A DNA stretch of 64,000 bases from Acidimicrobiales bacterium (GCA_020630065.1 JAHDCC010000012.1:6171-70170); one strand, 5' to 3'. Positions 19,637 through 29,463 are shown, counted from the first letter of the stretch. Numbers and translations: made by a program. Notes: generated by a model not told the origin, from the letters alone.

Positions 19637-20755
19637 ATGAGCGCTCCGAGACCACGAGCAACCTTTGGTACCGCAAAGATCGACCAAATGTTGACCGAAA
19701 TATTGAGTTCAACCGGCGTAGACCAGAACGATGATCTGATTCGGTCTCTTATCGTCACCGCACTAGATATGGATGACGCTGACGTTGATCGTCGAGAGCT
19801 CAAGATAGCGTCTCAGGCCTTAGCCGAGATCCTTCATTCTTGGGAAGTGTTTGCTCCGTACAACGATCGTGCCAAGGTCACCGTCTTCGGTTCAGCTCGC
19901 ACCAAACCCAAAACGCCCGATTACCAATTGGCCGCCGACTTTGGTCGAGCGATGAGTGATCAGAATTGGATGACGATCACGGGGGCCGGTCCAGGCATCA
20001 TGACCGCCGGTATCGAAGGTGCCAAAATCGAAAACTCGATCGGCGTAAGCATCGTTTTGCCTTTCGAAGAAAAAGCGGCCGAAATAATTGAGGGTGATCC
20101 CAAACTTGCCACTTTCCGTTACTTCTTCACCCGAAAACTAGCGTTCATGAAAGAAACAGATGCGTTTGCGCTGTTCCCGGGCGGCTTCGGAACAATGGAC
20201 GAAGCTTTTGAACTACTGACGTTGATGCAAACCGGCAAGAGCTATCCGGCCCCTGTGGTTCTTTTAGACCACCCGGGTTCTAATTATTGGACCGGTTGGA
20301 AAGAGTTCGTGACCAATGAATTGCTCGAGACTGGCATGATCAGTCCGGCGGACATGAACCTCTTTTTCCATACACACGATCCGCAAGAAGCAGCGGCCCA
20401 TATCTGTGAGTTCTATTCGACGTATCACTCCCTGCGTTTTGTGGGAAATCAACTACTACTCCGCCTGCAATGCGAGCTTTCTTCTGAAGCTATTGAAACC
20501 TTGAACGCCGAGTTCAGCGGCATCTTAAAGAAAGGCAAGATCGAGCCAGCAACCGCAACCAAGGTCGAGCGTCGCGATGATGACGTCGCCGATCTCCCCC
20601 GGCTATCTATGTTCTTTGACCGGTATGCCTGGGCAGAACTTATACGGATGATTCATCGGATCAACGAACTTGGACAGCAACCGGATCAACAAGAGTTGTC
20701 CGGCCTGATTCACGACGTCGATCCACAAATACCGTCAGACCCGTTTGTCGAGTAG
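19637..20755 (+). CDS. LOG-family (TIGR00730) nucleotide-binding protein with N- and C-terminal extensions (PpnN-like)
   Basis: VTVFGSAR...ITGAGPGIMTAGIEGA...PGGFGTMDEAFELLTLMQTGK. I chose the start at ATG 19637 with AGAGGA upstream. The ORF is open from 19574. Confidence 0.8.
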   Translation: MSAPRPRATFGTAKIDQMLTEILSSTGVDQNDDLIRSLIVTALDMDDADVDRRELKIASQALAEILHSWEVFAPYNDRAKVTVFGSARTKPKTPDYQLAADFGRAMSDQNWMTITGAGPGIMTAGIEGAKIENSIGVSIVLPFEEKAAEIIEGDPKLATFRYFFTRKLAFMKETDAFALFPGGFGTMDEAFELLTLMQTGKSYPAPVVLLDHPGSNYWTGWKEFVTNELLETGMISPADMNLFFHTHDPQEAAAHICEFYSTYHSLRFVGNQLLLRLQCELSSEAIETLNAEFSGILKKGKIEPATATKVERRDDDVADLPRLSMFFDRYAWAELIRMIHRINELGQQPDQQELSGLIHDVDPQIPSDPFVE

Positions 20756-20756
20756 T

Positions 20757-20954
20757 TCATTCGATAGTTTCAAGCAGCCGTATTGCTTTTTCAACCGATC
20801 GTCTGGCTTGCAGAATTTTCTTGTCTTGTTCAGGGCGTTTAACTTCACCTTGTTCGACGGCTTCTCTGAGGGTGGCGATTGACTCGTCAGTCAGATCAAC
20901 AACAATCGATGCAAGCCGTTCTCGGACATCGAGTACTCGGTCACTGGCAGTCAT
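20757..20954 (-). CDS. Hypothetical small helical protein
   Basis: This is a 65-aa ORF convergent with the LOG gene, with no motif. Confidence 0.3.
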   Translation of the reverse strand: MTASDRVLDVRERLASIVVDLTDESIATLREAVEQGEVKRPEQDKKILQARRSVEKAIRLLETIE

Positions 20955-21047
20955 AGTCTCTCTCTTTTGGTAACCGTGAAAGAAGGATGTAATGAAAGCG
21001 TCTAGAACTTCATTGCATATCTAACCGTAACTGCCGATATTCTAGCC

Positions 21048-21773
21048 ATGGTGCGACCCAAAGATGATGGTCATGACTGGCTCTCGCTGAAAGAAGAAGA
21101 CGGAACGGACTGGCTGTTTGATGTCACGTTCTTGCTTTCTGGCTTTCGGTGTATTTATGGCGATGGTTGTGAATCGATCGCCCCTGAGCCATCGGTGGCA
21201 ACCAATATGCTCGGGTGTTGTACCCATGGAGCACATCTAGTCGACAAAGAAGATCTCAAGTCGGTGAGGTCGGCCATAGCCAAACTGACCGAAGCTGATT
21301 GGCAGTTTAAGGATCGAGCCGCGGAGAAGGGCGGCCCGCTGAAGCGAAAGAAGTCTGGGGACTGGGTCACGAGAAAAGCTAAGGGCGCATGTATCTTTCT
21401 GAATCGCCCTGACTTTCCAGGCGGTGCCGGATGTGCCCTTCATCGGGCTGCACTACGAGAAGGTGCCCGACCTTTGGATTGGAAACCCGACGTGTGTTGG
21501 CAGGTTCCGATCAGGCTCGATGTTCACGAAGACGACTATGGCAAACAAACTATTCTGATTCGTGCGTGGCAACGAAGTGACTGGGGCCCTGGCGGAGACG
21601 AATTCGGATGGTGGTGTATCGAAGACCACAAGCCATACGAAGGGGCGCTCCCGCTCTACAAGTCAGCCCGCGACGAACTAAAAGAAATGATAGGGCCGGA
21701 ACTTTATGAGCGACTTTCTGAAGAGTTGCGTCGACGGGAGACAGAAACTCCCGTCGAGTTAACTAACGTCTAG
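21048..21773 (+). CDS. Conserved Cys-rich protein (DUF3109 / YkgJ-like metal-binding, tentative)
   Basis: The Cys clusters are FRCIYGDGCES, LGCCTHGAHL and KGACIFLNRPDFPGGAGCALH. The family call comes from the pattern only. Confidence 0.45.
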   Translation: MVRPKDDGHDWLSLKEEDGTDWLFDVTFLLSGFRCIYGDGCESIAPEPSVATNMLGCCTHGAHLVDKEDLKSVRSAIAKLTEADWQFKDRAAEKGGPLKRKKSGDWVTRKAKGACIFLNRPDFPGGAGCALHRAALREGARPLDWKPDVCWQVPIRLDVHEDDYGKQTILIRAWQRSDWGPGGDEFGWWCIEDHKPYEGALPLYKSARDELKEMIGPELYERLSEELRRRETETPVELTNV

Positions 21774-21949
21774 TCGGTCTCTTCACTTTCGTCCGCTGGA
21801 GACTCGCTCAAAGACGCGGCCTCAGCCGTCTTTGGGAGATCAAAAGGATCATCCTCGAGACGGTCCATCAAGGACTCGATGTTTTCCCCATCTCGGGAAC
21901 GCTTTAATGACCTAGCTTCTTCATATCGACGATGGCGCCCCTTCTTCAT
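21770..21949 (-). CDS. Small (59 aa) basic-N / acidic-C protein, below the ORF-track size cut-off
   Basis: My own translation is MKKGRHRRYEEARSLKRSRDGENIESLMDRLEDDPFDLPKTAEAASLSESPADESEETD. AGGAG lies 6 nt upstream of the ATG (21956..21960 on the plus strand). It fills an otherwise empty gap of about 310 bp. Confidence 0.5.
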   Translation of the reverse strand: MKKGRHRRYEEARSLKRSRDGENIESLMDRLEDDPFDLPKTAEAASLSESPADESEETD

Positions 21950-22082
21950 GGGATACTCCTGGAAAATCTAACTGGCCAAGAAGGCATCATACGGTCGCCC
22001 CAAGGCTCATGGCGTGAAATCTTCAGTCTAGGCGATTATGCGACGAATTGGCGAATGGTACGCCAAGATCACAACAGTGTTG

Positions 22083-23285
22083 TTATGAAATTTCCGTGTG
22101 ACTTCTTGTTTCGAGGACTAGTCGGCCGTCGCCGTCAAAAGCGACGGCGGCCTCACCCGAAATCAGCTTGTTTACAGGGTATCCGACCAGATCAGAACGC
22201 CAGCCAGAGTCGAGACGAGTCGGTTCGGCACGTAAGAATTGTTCAACATCTGCACGGGTAGCTAACAGGGCCGGATCGATTTGGTTATCGCGAGCTATTT
22301 GCGAGATCCATGCAGTTATTAGCGTAATAACCGGTCGAAGATGTTTTGGCAGGCCGACGCCCTTTCTGGGTGCAGGTGCCACCGCTGTTTGGGACTTTCC
22401 TTGTTGCACGACTTTGAGCAGCTCGTCTGATGCCCCACCTCGCAGATGCCGACGATCGACACCGCGTAGGTTTTTTAACTGTTCTTGGCTTGTTGGTTGG
22501 CGTTGCGCCAATGCCACTATTCCGAGATCTGACAGTACTTGCCGTACCGGAACGTCAATTTCAGATGCCTTAATCTCACGCCATGTGGCAATCGCTGCTG
22601 CTACTTGACGGGCACTACCCTTCAAGGAACGAGCTTCTTTTATTCGGTTGATTGCCTCTTCGGGTGGCCGTCTTGTTGGTTTCGCCCGCATTAGAGCACT
22701 TTCGTCGAGCGCCCACTGGACCCTACCCAACGCTTCGAGCTCTGTTTCGAGGATTCGCGCCAACTCCAACAAGTTGTCTACATCGGCGGCTGCGTATGTG
22801 AGTTGGTCGTCGCTTAACGGTCGATGTAACCAATCGGTCAATCGATCACCTTTGGCGAGTGTAATATTCATGTAGCGATCGAGAAGGCTTGCTAAAGATG
22901 CGGTTGAAAGGCCAAGAAAACCTGCCGCAAGTTGCGTATCGAAAACTCGGGATGGTATTTCACCACAAGCCAGTTCGAGGACTTCAAGATCTTGCACACC
23001 AGCGTGGAGCACACACAAGCCGTCTCCTTTGAGCAGATCGCCAAAGGGCATCAAGTCAACGGCTAGTGGATCGATTAGAACCACGTTGTCTTCCCAAGCT
23101 AGCTGTACCAACGCTATCTGCGGGTAGTACGTCTTTTCTCGGTGAAACTCGGTATCGATGGCATAACGCTCGGACTGAGCCGCTGACACTAAAGCGTCTT
23201 CTGCTCGTTGCTGGGTGACAATATGTTCAAACACGGTTGCGTATCCTAGACTGTCCGGCCTCAGATGAGGCTTCCGGACTGGCAT
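22083..23285 (-). CDS. rnd: Ribonuclease D (DEDDy 3'-5' exonuclease plus HRDC domains)
   Basis: AIDTEFHREKTYYPQIALVQLA...YAAADV. The start as listed overlaps the mobA 3' end by 59 nt, so the true start is uncertain. Confidence 0.85.
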   Translation of the reverse strand: MPVRKPHLRPDSLGYATVFEHIVTQQRAEDALVSAAQSERYAIDTEFHREKTYYPQIALVQLAWEDNVVLIDPLAVDLMPFGDLLKGDGLCVLHAGVQDLEVLELACGEIPSRVFDTQLAAGFLGLSTASLASLLDRYMNITLAKGDRLTDWLHRPLSDDQLTYAAADVDNLLELARILETELEALGRVQWALDESALMRAKPTRRPPEEAINRIKEARSLKGSARQVAAAIATWREIKASEIDVPVRQVLSDLGIVALAQRQPTSQEQLKNLRGVDRRHLRGGASDELLKVVQQGKSQTAVAPAPRKGVGLPKHLRPVITLITAWISQIARDNQIDPALLATRADVEQFLRAEPTRLDSGWRSDLVGYPVNKLISGEAAVAFDGDGRLVLETRSHTEIS

Positions 23286-23835
23286 TATGGTCGATCTGGG
23301 TGAGGGTGATCAGTTTTTCGGGCGTATCGGCGTCGGCTACCGCTTCTGCTGGCACTGGAACCAGGTTGTATGGACCGACATCGAGAATATCGCGGAGGCG
23401 AGTTTTGCCCGCTCGTATATCGGGGACGAGCCGCTTGCCCCATGAGCGTGGCCATATCCCGAGGATAGGTTCTGCTTTGCCGTCGATTTGTGCAATCACT
23501 GCGGATTGTCCATCGATGTTGTCGATCAGCGGAGTGATATGTTCGGCCTGCAAAAGCGGCACATCACAAGGAGTCACGATGACGTGGTCTTGAGTTGCGT
23601 AGAGCAAGACAGAGGCAAGACCGGCGAGCGGTCCGGCGTTAGGCCAACGGTCGGCAACGGTGGGTACCCCGAGTTTGGCACTCGTGTTTCCGCCGACAGC
23701 GACAACTGGGTCCACGCCAGCGTCTCTCAAAGCTCTAACCGCGACGCCACCGAGATACGACCCGCCTGAGAGCTGTGCGGTCGCTTTGTCGGACCCAAAT
23801 CTTTGGGATTGTCCCCCACAAAGAACCGCGCCCAT
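23227..23835 (-). CDS. mobA: Molybdenum cofactor guanylyltransferase
   Basis: MGAVLCGGQSQRFGSDKA...TPCDVP. I chose the start at the internal ATG 23835..23833, which avoids overlap with the upstream DUF3151 gene. Confidence 0.8.
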   Translation of the reverse strand: MGAVLCGGQSQRFGSDKATAQLSGGSYLGGVAVRALRDAGVDPVVAVGGNTSAKLGVPTVADRWPNAGPLAGLASVLLYATQDHVIVTPCDVPLLQAEHITPLIDNIDGQSAVIAQIDGKAEPILGIWPRSWGKRLVPDIRAGKTRLRDILDVGPYNLVPVPAEAVADADTPEKLITLTQIDHNASPEASSEAGQSRIRNRV

Positions 23836-23867
23836 TATTGTATGCGAGTTCGGAATGCTCAAGTTCC

Positions 23868-24305
23868 TTACGGCCAGTTGGCCGATTGCCATTGAGGGTC
23901 GAGCTGTAACAGAAAGAGTCTGCAACGCTCGGCCTCGTCGTCTTCTTGTATAGCTTTGGCCGATATTTCTAACCCGCGAAGAGCCCTCAAGAAACCTCGG
24001 TTGGTTTCGTGATCCCATTTAACGTACCCTGAGCCTCGCCAGCCGCTTTGACGGAGGCGGTCTAGACCTCGGTGATAGCCGACTCGGTACGCTGAATATG
24101 CCTCTACGTCGTCTCGGGCCAATTTGCCGAGATGAGCCCAAGCATCCAAAAACGTGGGCCATGTAGCTACAACCGCTGACACAGCATCTCGCTGTTCCGC
24201 CTCCGGCTTGGTTAGAGCTTCAGACAGCGCAGCAAGCGCATCGGGCGCCTCTGCCGTTAGAACGGTTTCTGGAACGCCACTTGGGCTAAAGGATATGTTA
24301 GACAC
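23868..24305 (-). CDS. DUF3151 domain protein
   Basis: LDAWAHLG...AYRVGYHRGLDRLRQSGWRGSGYVKW...NRGFLRAL is the conserved actinobacterial DUF3151 pattern. Confidence 0.7.
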   Translation of the reverse strand: MSNISFSPSGVPETVLTAEAPDALAALSEALTKPEAEQRDAVSAVVATWPTFLDAWAHLGKLARDDVEAYSAYRVGYHRGLDRLRQSGWRGSGYVKWDHETNRGFLRALRGLEISAKAIQEDDEAERCRLFLLQLDPQWQSANWP

Positions 24306-24373
24306 GTTGGTATCTTACTCGAAGCAAACACCGGTGTGCACGTGAACTCCGGTGCACACCGGCATAGGAAGTC

Positions 24374-25801
24374 TTACGGGCAACGTACCAATCGTAGACT
24401 GTCGGTCGCTGCGCTTTTGCCGTCCATGCCTGCTAACACTGCAACGGTGTCACCGCTACGTATGTGGCCTTGTGCCTTGGCTAGGGCGAGAACTTCTTCA
24501 ACAGTGGTCCGGTTGTCGTCGATACGGTCGATCTTCATTGGGTTTGCACCCCAACTCATCGTGAGCTGACGTAGGGTTCGGTCTTCTGGGCTGAAGGCCA
24601 GAATTGGAGTGTCAGGACGGAAACGGGCGATTGCTCGAACCGTAAACCCGGAACGGGTGATACAAACGATGGCTGAAGCGTTTATCGATCGTGCCGCTTC
24701 CCAGGTGGCCAATGTCATCGTGTCGGTGACGGCTGCATCTTCACTTTGTGGTTCTAACATGCCTGAACGCTTCAGATTGCGAGCCCAACCGTCGTAGTTG
24801 AACTTTCGGTCGGCTTCTTCTGCGATCTGAGCCATTGTTGCGATAACGTGTGCTGGGTCGTGGCCGATTGCGGTTTCTCCCGAAAGCATTACGGCCGATG
24901 TCCCGTCGAATACGGCGTTGGCAACGTCGGACGCTTCTGCTCGAGTCGGGGCGGGTGCCTTGATCATCGACTCCAACATTTGTGTCGCCGTGATTGCCGG
25001 TCGTCCGAGGGCGACACAGCGGGCGATAATGTCTTTTTGTAGGTGCGGCAGCTGATGGAGGCTGCATTCGGTACCCAAGTCGCCACGTGCGACCATGATT
25101 GCGCCTGACTCCGAGATAATCGCATCGAGGTTTTCGATTGCCGCTTTGGTTTCGATCTTGGCGACTACTAAAGGTCCTCGTGGAGCTGGTTCTAAGCCCA
25201 CTCGACGAACATCATGTGCGGATCGGACAAACGATAACGCAACCATGTCGATGTCGTTTTCGACCATAGCGTCGAGCAACTTCAGGTCATGTGGTGTTGG
25301 TGTGGTCAGCTGAAGTCGGTCGGATGGGATGTGCAGGCCGGGACGACCTTGAACTATTCCCCCGTACAAGACTTTGCTCTTGAGCGCATTTGGTGTACTC
25401 TCGACGACCTCGAGAATCATTGATCCGTCACCAATTGACAGTCGGTCTCCGACACGAACGTCTATAAGTAGTCGTTCGTAGTCGACTGTGAACGTCCCCT
25501 TCTTGCTCGGTTCGTGACCGGGAACGAGGTCGATATGGTCGTCGACCTGAATTTCGAGTGCGGGCTCAACTTTTCCGATACGGACTTTTGGTCCAGGCAA
25601 GTCGGCCATGACGCCGACCTCTCGACCGAGGGTGGCCGATATTTTTCGTAGCTGTTTGAGTCGCTCAATTGAGTCATCGACAGAACCATGCGAGAGGTTA
25701 AGACGGGCCACGTCCATTCCTGCTTCGACCATAGCCTTCATAGTGGCTTCGTCCGAAGAAGCAGGACCGATTGTGGCAATTATTTTTGTGCACCTAGACA
25801 T
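24374..25801 (-). CDS. pyk: Pyruvate kinase
   Basis: TKIIATIGPAS...ARLNLSHG...MVARGDLG...ATQMLESM. Confidence 0.95.
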   Translation of the reverse strand: MSRCTKIIATIGPASSDEATMKAMVEAGMDVARLNLSHGSVDDSIERLKQLRKISATLGREVGVMADLPGPKVRIGKVEPALEIQVDDHIDLVPGHEPSKKGTFTVDYERLLIDVRVGDRLSIGDGSMILEVVESTPNALKSKVLYGGIVQGRPGLHIPSDRLQLTTPTPHDLKLLDAMVENDIDMVALSFVRSAHDVRRVGLEPAPRGPLVVAKIETKAAIENLDAIISESGAIMVARGDLGTECSLHQLPHLQKDIIARCVALGRPAITATQMLESMIKAPAPTRAEASDVANAVFDGTSAVMLSGETAIGHDPAHVIATMAQIAEEADRKFNYDGWARNLKRSGMLEPQSEDAAVTDTMTLATWEAARSINASAIVCITRSGFTVRAIARFRPDTPILAFSPEDRTLRQLTMSWGANPMKIDRIDDNRTTVEEVLALAKAQGHIRSGDTVAVLAGMDGKSAATDSLRLVRCP

Positions 25802-25929
25802 AGCTGTCAGGGTATCAACCCCGGTTCAACACAGAGCGCCCACATCCCGGTATGTGACGTAGTTGCGCATCCAGAATATAGTTCACAACTATACCTCACA
25901 TCACATTTTTAGATGGAGAGGTTTGAGGC

Positions 25930-26481
25930 TTACGTTTCTTCTGATTCAGCCACCCGTGCGAGTAACTCGTCACGCACCGATCGGCCCTTTTCTCGGGCGT
26001 TGTCACCGGTAACACGCCATCCATGACGGGCCGAATACAGCAATGGTGGCGCTTTAAGTCGACCTTCCGAAACGGTCTCGACCGTCGCTAAGAACAAATC
26101 ATGATCAAACCTCTCGATACGGTCAAATATCTCGCATCGAAACCACGCAATTGAGTTCGGGACATATGGTTCGCCCGTATCGCTGAATGCGATGTACTCA
26201 GGGGCGACATACTTGAATTTATGACCCGGGTAGGAGAAGTACTGCCCTTCGCTGATCTGATCGGACGCCAAAAGCGAAACCGTAAACCAACCTTGCTCTC
26301 TCATCAACGGATACGTGTCATGTTTCGGGCTAACCGAAGCCAACACAATCGGCTCATCAAACGAAACTTGGGTCACCCAATGCGACGTGTACGCCCGGGT
26401 AAGTTCGCCGTCGGTAGCAGCCACGATTTGAACGCCCTTGATCATCTGACCTAGGCATCTCTTTATTTCTCTATCGATCAT
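25930..26481 (-). CDS. Flavin reductase-like (FMN-binding split-barrel) domain protein
   Basis: VQIVAATDGELTRAYTSHWVTQVSFDEPIVLASV matches the pattern of the flavin_reduct family. Confidence 0.7.
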   Translation of the reverse strand: MIDREIKRCLGQMIKGVQIVAATDGELTRAYTSHWVTQVSFDEPIVLASVSPKHDTYPLMREQGWFTVSLLASDQISEGQYFSYPGHKFKYVAPEYIAFSDTGEPYVPNSIAWFRCEIFDRIERFDHDLFLATVETVSEGRLKAPPLLYSARHGWRVTGDNAREKGRSVRDELLARVAESEET

Positions 26482-27260
26482 CAGTTACGACGATACCGAT
26501 GTTTCGTCGCAGCTTGAAGGTGAATGTCAGCGTTTTGTGGGAATGTGGCCGCCAAATGTTCGCGTTGGACAGCCGCCAACTCGTAGCGACCAAGAGCGTT
26601 CAACATGTCGGCGAGTTCAACTTGTTCCTGCTCAGAGGTTTCCGACATATTGGCCCTCAACGTTAAGACCTTCACCAGTTGCGAGACTTCACCCGTGCGG
26701 AGGTATGACACCCTAAGGTTCATAAGCATCCGGCGAGAGACCGCTCGGGCATCAAGCGAGTCCAACATCGAAACCGAGAACTCTTGCTGGGGATTCAGTA
26801 TTGAAAATAGCTGAGCGCACGATTCGATATCGAGTTCAGATCCGTTCGAAAATGGGTCGAACCAGCGAATAGGGTGCAAGCCATCCCCTATTAGAACGTG
26901 TCCGGGTAGACCGACCACACTGGATTCGATACCAATGCGTCGTGCAACCTCGAATACGATCGAAGCCAGGGATAAGGGGTTTCCTAGGCGCCGGCTGAGA
27001 ACCCGGTGCACAAGAGAGTTGCTGGGGTTGTAGTATCCGGCCTTGTCTCCAGCGAAGGTCTCCTCACCGAAGAAATGAATCAAGAGCCCCGGCAAATCAA
27101 CATCGTTAGGGGCGTTCTCGGCTAATTGATCTAGCGACCTAGCCACAGACTCTTCAGTCGGGGCGTCCTCGGCAATTGAAGCTACCGTTGCCATTACCGC
27201 GTCGAGGCGTCCATCTGCGTTGGATACTAGTTCGTTCAGTCGCTCAATTTGTGGAATCAT
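26481..27260 (-). CDS. Transglutaminase-like / SirB1-family protein with a C-terminal TPR-like region
   Basis: GNPLSLASIVFEVARRIGIESSVVGLPGHVLIG is the Transglut_core2-type core. There is a 1-nt stop/start overlap with the downstream gene. Confidence 0.6.
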   Translation of the reverse strand: MIPQIERLNELVSNADGRLDAVMATVASIAEDAPTEESVARSLDQLAENAPNDVDLPGLLIHFFGEETFAGDKAGYYNPSNSLVHRVLSRRLGNPLSLASIVFEVARRIGIESSVVGLPGHVLIGDGLHPIRWFDPFSNGSELDIESCAQLFSILNPQQEFSVSMLDSLDARAVSRRMLMNLRVSYLRTGEVSQLVKVLTLRANMSETSEQEQVELADMLNALGRYELAAVQREHLAATFPQNADIHLQAATKHRYRRN

Positions 27261-27474
27261 TTACTTCCCGCCACGTTGCCACAAGCTTCTACTTCGGCCG
27301 CCCCGCTGCCAACGCTTAAAATTAGTCCAGATCAGCCTAAATTAGTAGTTCGGATCGATATCTCATTAGCTGTAACCCCATCTAGAAAACAGATCCACCC
27401 TGCTTTATCTGGGGATACGGGGAAATTTGATATCAGATTTCACTGAACGTCGTTATGTGAAATAACCTACTCAC

Positions 27475-28230
27475 ATGGAATGGCCGTTTCTTAACACCAA
27501 TGTGTTACCACTTTCACTCGCCCATAGAGGCGGCAATATGGCCACTGAGAACACGCTCGAAGCTTTTAGGGCCGCCCAGGCTATTGGATACTGTTATATA
27601 GAGGTAGATGTGCAACTTACTAGAGACAACGTCGTCGTTGTCTTTCACGATTCCACACTCAATCGCCTCGCAGGGCGACCAGACTACATATCAGACCTCA
27701 CCTGGGCTGAAATTAAGGACATTGAACTTCGAGGCGGCGGAACCATTCCTCGATTAGACGAGGTCTTAGAGCAATTTCCAGACCTGAAGTTCAACATCGA
27801 TCCAAAAACGTCCCGTGCGGTTTCCCCGTTAGCATCCATACTTCAGAACACTGAATCGGTTGACCGAGTTTGTATCGGGTCCTTTTCGAGTAGTAGAGTC
27901 CGAGCGATGCAGCGGCTTGTCGGCCCTCGCTTATGTACCTCACCTGGTTGGTCGGCCATCCCTTGGGTGCTCGTTCGAGCAATTCTGGCCCCAAGACGAC
28001 CATCACGTTATGCATGCGTGCAGATTCCGAACATCCTTCGAGCTAGGCGTTTGGCGAAATGGTTTGTCCAACGCGTCCAACAAGCTGGCCTTCAAGTCCA
28101 TCTCTGGACACCAAACACAGAACAGGAATTACAACAAGCGATCAGCATTGGGGTCGACGGGATCATAACCGACGAAATAGAACTTCTGCAGCGAGTTCTC
28201 GAATCGAAGCCAATTACGAGCAGTAAATAA
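27475..28230 (+). CDS. Glycerophosphodiester phosphodiesterase family protein
   Basis: LAHRGG...ENTLEAFRAA...YIEVDVQLTRDNVVVVFHD. Confidence 0.85.
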   Translation: MEWPFLNTNVLPLSLAHRGGNMATENTLEAFRAAQAIGYCYIEVDVQLTRDNVVVVFHDSTLNRLAGRPDYISDLTWAEIKDIELRGGGTIPRLDEVLEQFPDLKFNIDPKTSRAVSPLASILQNTESVDRVCIGSFSSSRVRAMQRLVGPRLCTSPGWSAIPWVLVRAILAPRRPSRYACVQIPNILRARRLAKWFVQRVQQAGLQVHLWTPNTEQELQQAISIGVDGIITDEIELLQRVLESKPITSSK

Positions 28231-28353
28231 GATGTGCCTTTAGTTACTCCTAACCGCAAGTTCATCCTAAATAGCCCGTGTCGAATGTCTCCTTTCGTTG
28301 AATAGGCAGGCAGACTCATTGGTCCAAGCGCACCTAATCGGTATGGTGTCGAA

Positions 28354-29463
28354 ATGCATCGTATTGGTCTTGTTGGCGTTGGGAAGATGGGTCTCTCCCA
28401 CCTCGCTTTAGTTCGTGCCCATCCCGAACTTGATTGTGTCGCCGTGTGCGATAGTCAAGCATTTATGCTCGCCGGAGTTCGCTCCCAGGTAGGTGTCGAC
28501 ACGTATAAGAGCTTCGACACCATGATCGAAGAGGCGAACCTTGATGCGGTGATCATCTCGACACCAACATCTTCCCACTTCAATCTGGCAAAGACGGCGC
28601 TCGAAAATGATCTGTCGGTGTTCGTCGAAAAGCCGCTAACGCTGACAACTGCACAGTCTCGCGAGCTCGCAGAACTGGCTGAACGTAAAGGTTTAGCCAA
28701 CCAAGTCGGCTACCACAACCGTTTTATTGGCACATTCCGCGAAACCGCCAGACTGGTTGAAGCAGGCGCAATCGGACGTGTTCACCACATTGACGGCCGA
28801 GCATTTGGTCAAGTTGTGACCAAAGCAGACGGAGGAGGCCGAACCTGGCGAGCAAAAAAAACAGAGGGTGGAGGCTGTCTTCACGACTATGCGTGTCACG
28901 TCATCGACCTCATGAATTTCGTAGCCGGCCCACCTGACGAGGTTGTCAGTGGTCGTCTAGGTCAAGTTCACTCAACCGATGTTGAGGACTCCGTGTACGC
29001 CCTGTTCGGATATTCTGACGGTGCCGTCGGCACTCTCGAGACTAACTGGAGCGACGAGTCGTACCGAAAGATGTCCACCTCGGTAACCATCTACGGAACA
29101 CATGGCAAGATTTTCGCTGATCGACAAGAATGCCGCCTCTACCTCAAACCAGGGCACAGCTTCGAGAAGTTCGAAGATGGGTGGAACATCCGCTACATCA
29201 CCGAACTCCAAGAACCGGTCGACTTCTACATTCGAGGCGAAGAGTACTCTTCGCAGATCGACGCCTTTGCAGCTGCGATTGGTGGTAACCCAAGCCCACA
29301 AGCGGGTACGTTCACAACCGCCGCTCAGGCCGACCACATCGTCGAGGAGATCGCTCGTCTTCACGAAACAGGCCCCATTGTTGCCGACCCAACCACACAA
29401 GCCGAACCCGCTGGCACCAAAGCCAGCAAGGGCATCTTCAGAAAACTCAAGGACCGAGTATGA
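28354..29463 (+). CDS. Gfo/Idh/MocA family NAD(P)-dependent oxidoreductase
   Basis: The Rossmann start is IGLVGVGKMG and the EKP motif is FVEKPLT. It is the first gene of a four-gene overlapping operon. Confidence 0.85.
   Translation: MHRIGLVGVGKMGLSHLALVRAHPELDCVAVCDSQAFMLAGVRSQVGVDTYKSFDTMIEEANLDAVIISTPTSSHFNLAKTALENDLSVFVEKPLTLTTAQSRELAELAERKGLANQVGYHNRFIGTFRETARLVEAGAIGRVHHIDGRAFGQVVTKADGGGRTWRAKKTEGGGCLHDYACHVIDLMNFVAGPPDEVVSGRLGQVHSTDVEDSVYALFGYSDGAVGTLETNWSDESYRKMSTSVTIYGTHGKIFADRQECRLYLKPGHSFEKFEDGWNIRYITELQEPVDFYIRGEEYSSQIDAFAAAIGGNPSPQAGTFTTAAQADHIVEEIARLHETGPIVADPTTQAEPAGTKASKGIFRKLKDRV

Noticed and set aside
23836-24018. The mobA ORF has a 61-residue N-terminal extension, which would give a 263-aa product.
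   Set aside because: It would overlap the DUF3151 gene by 151 nt. MobA homology begins at MGAVLCGGQSQRFG.
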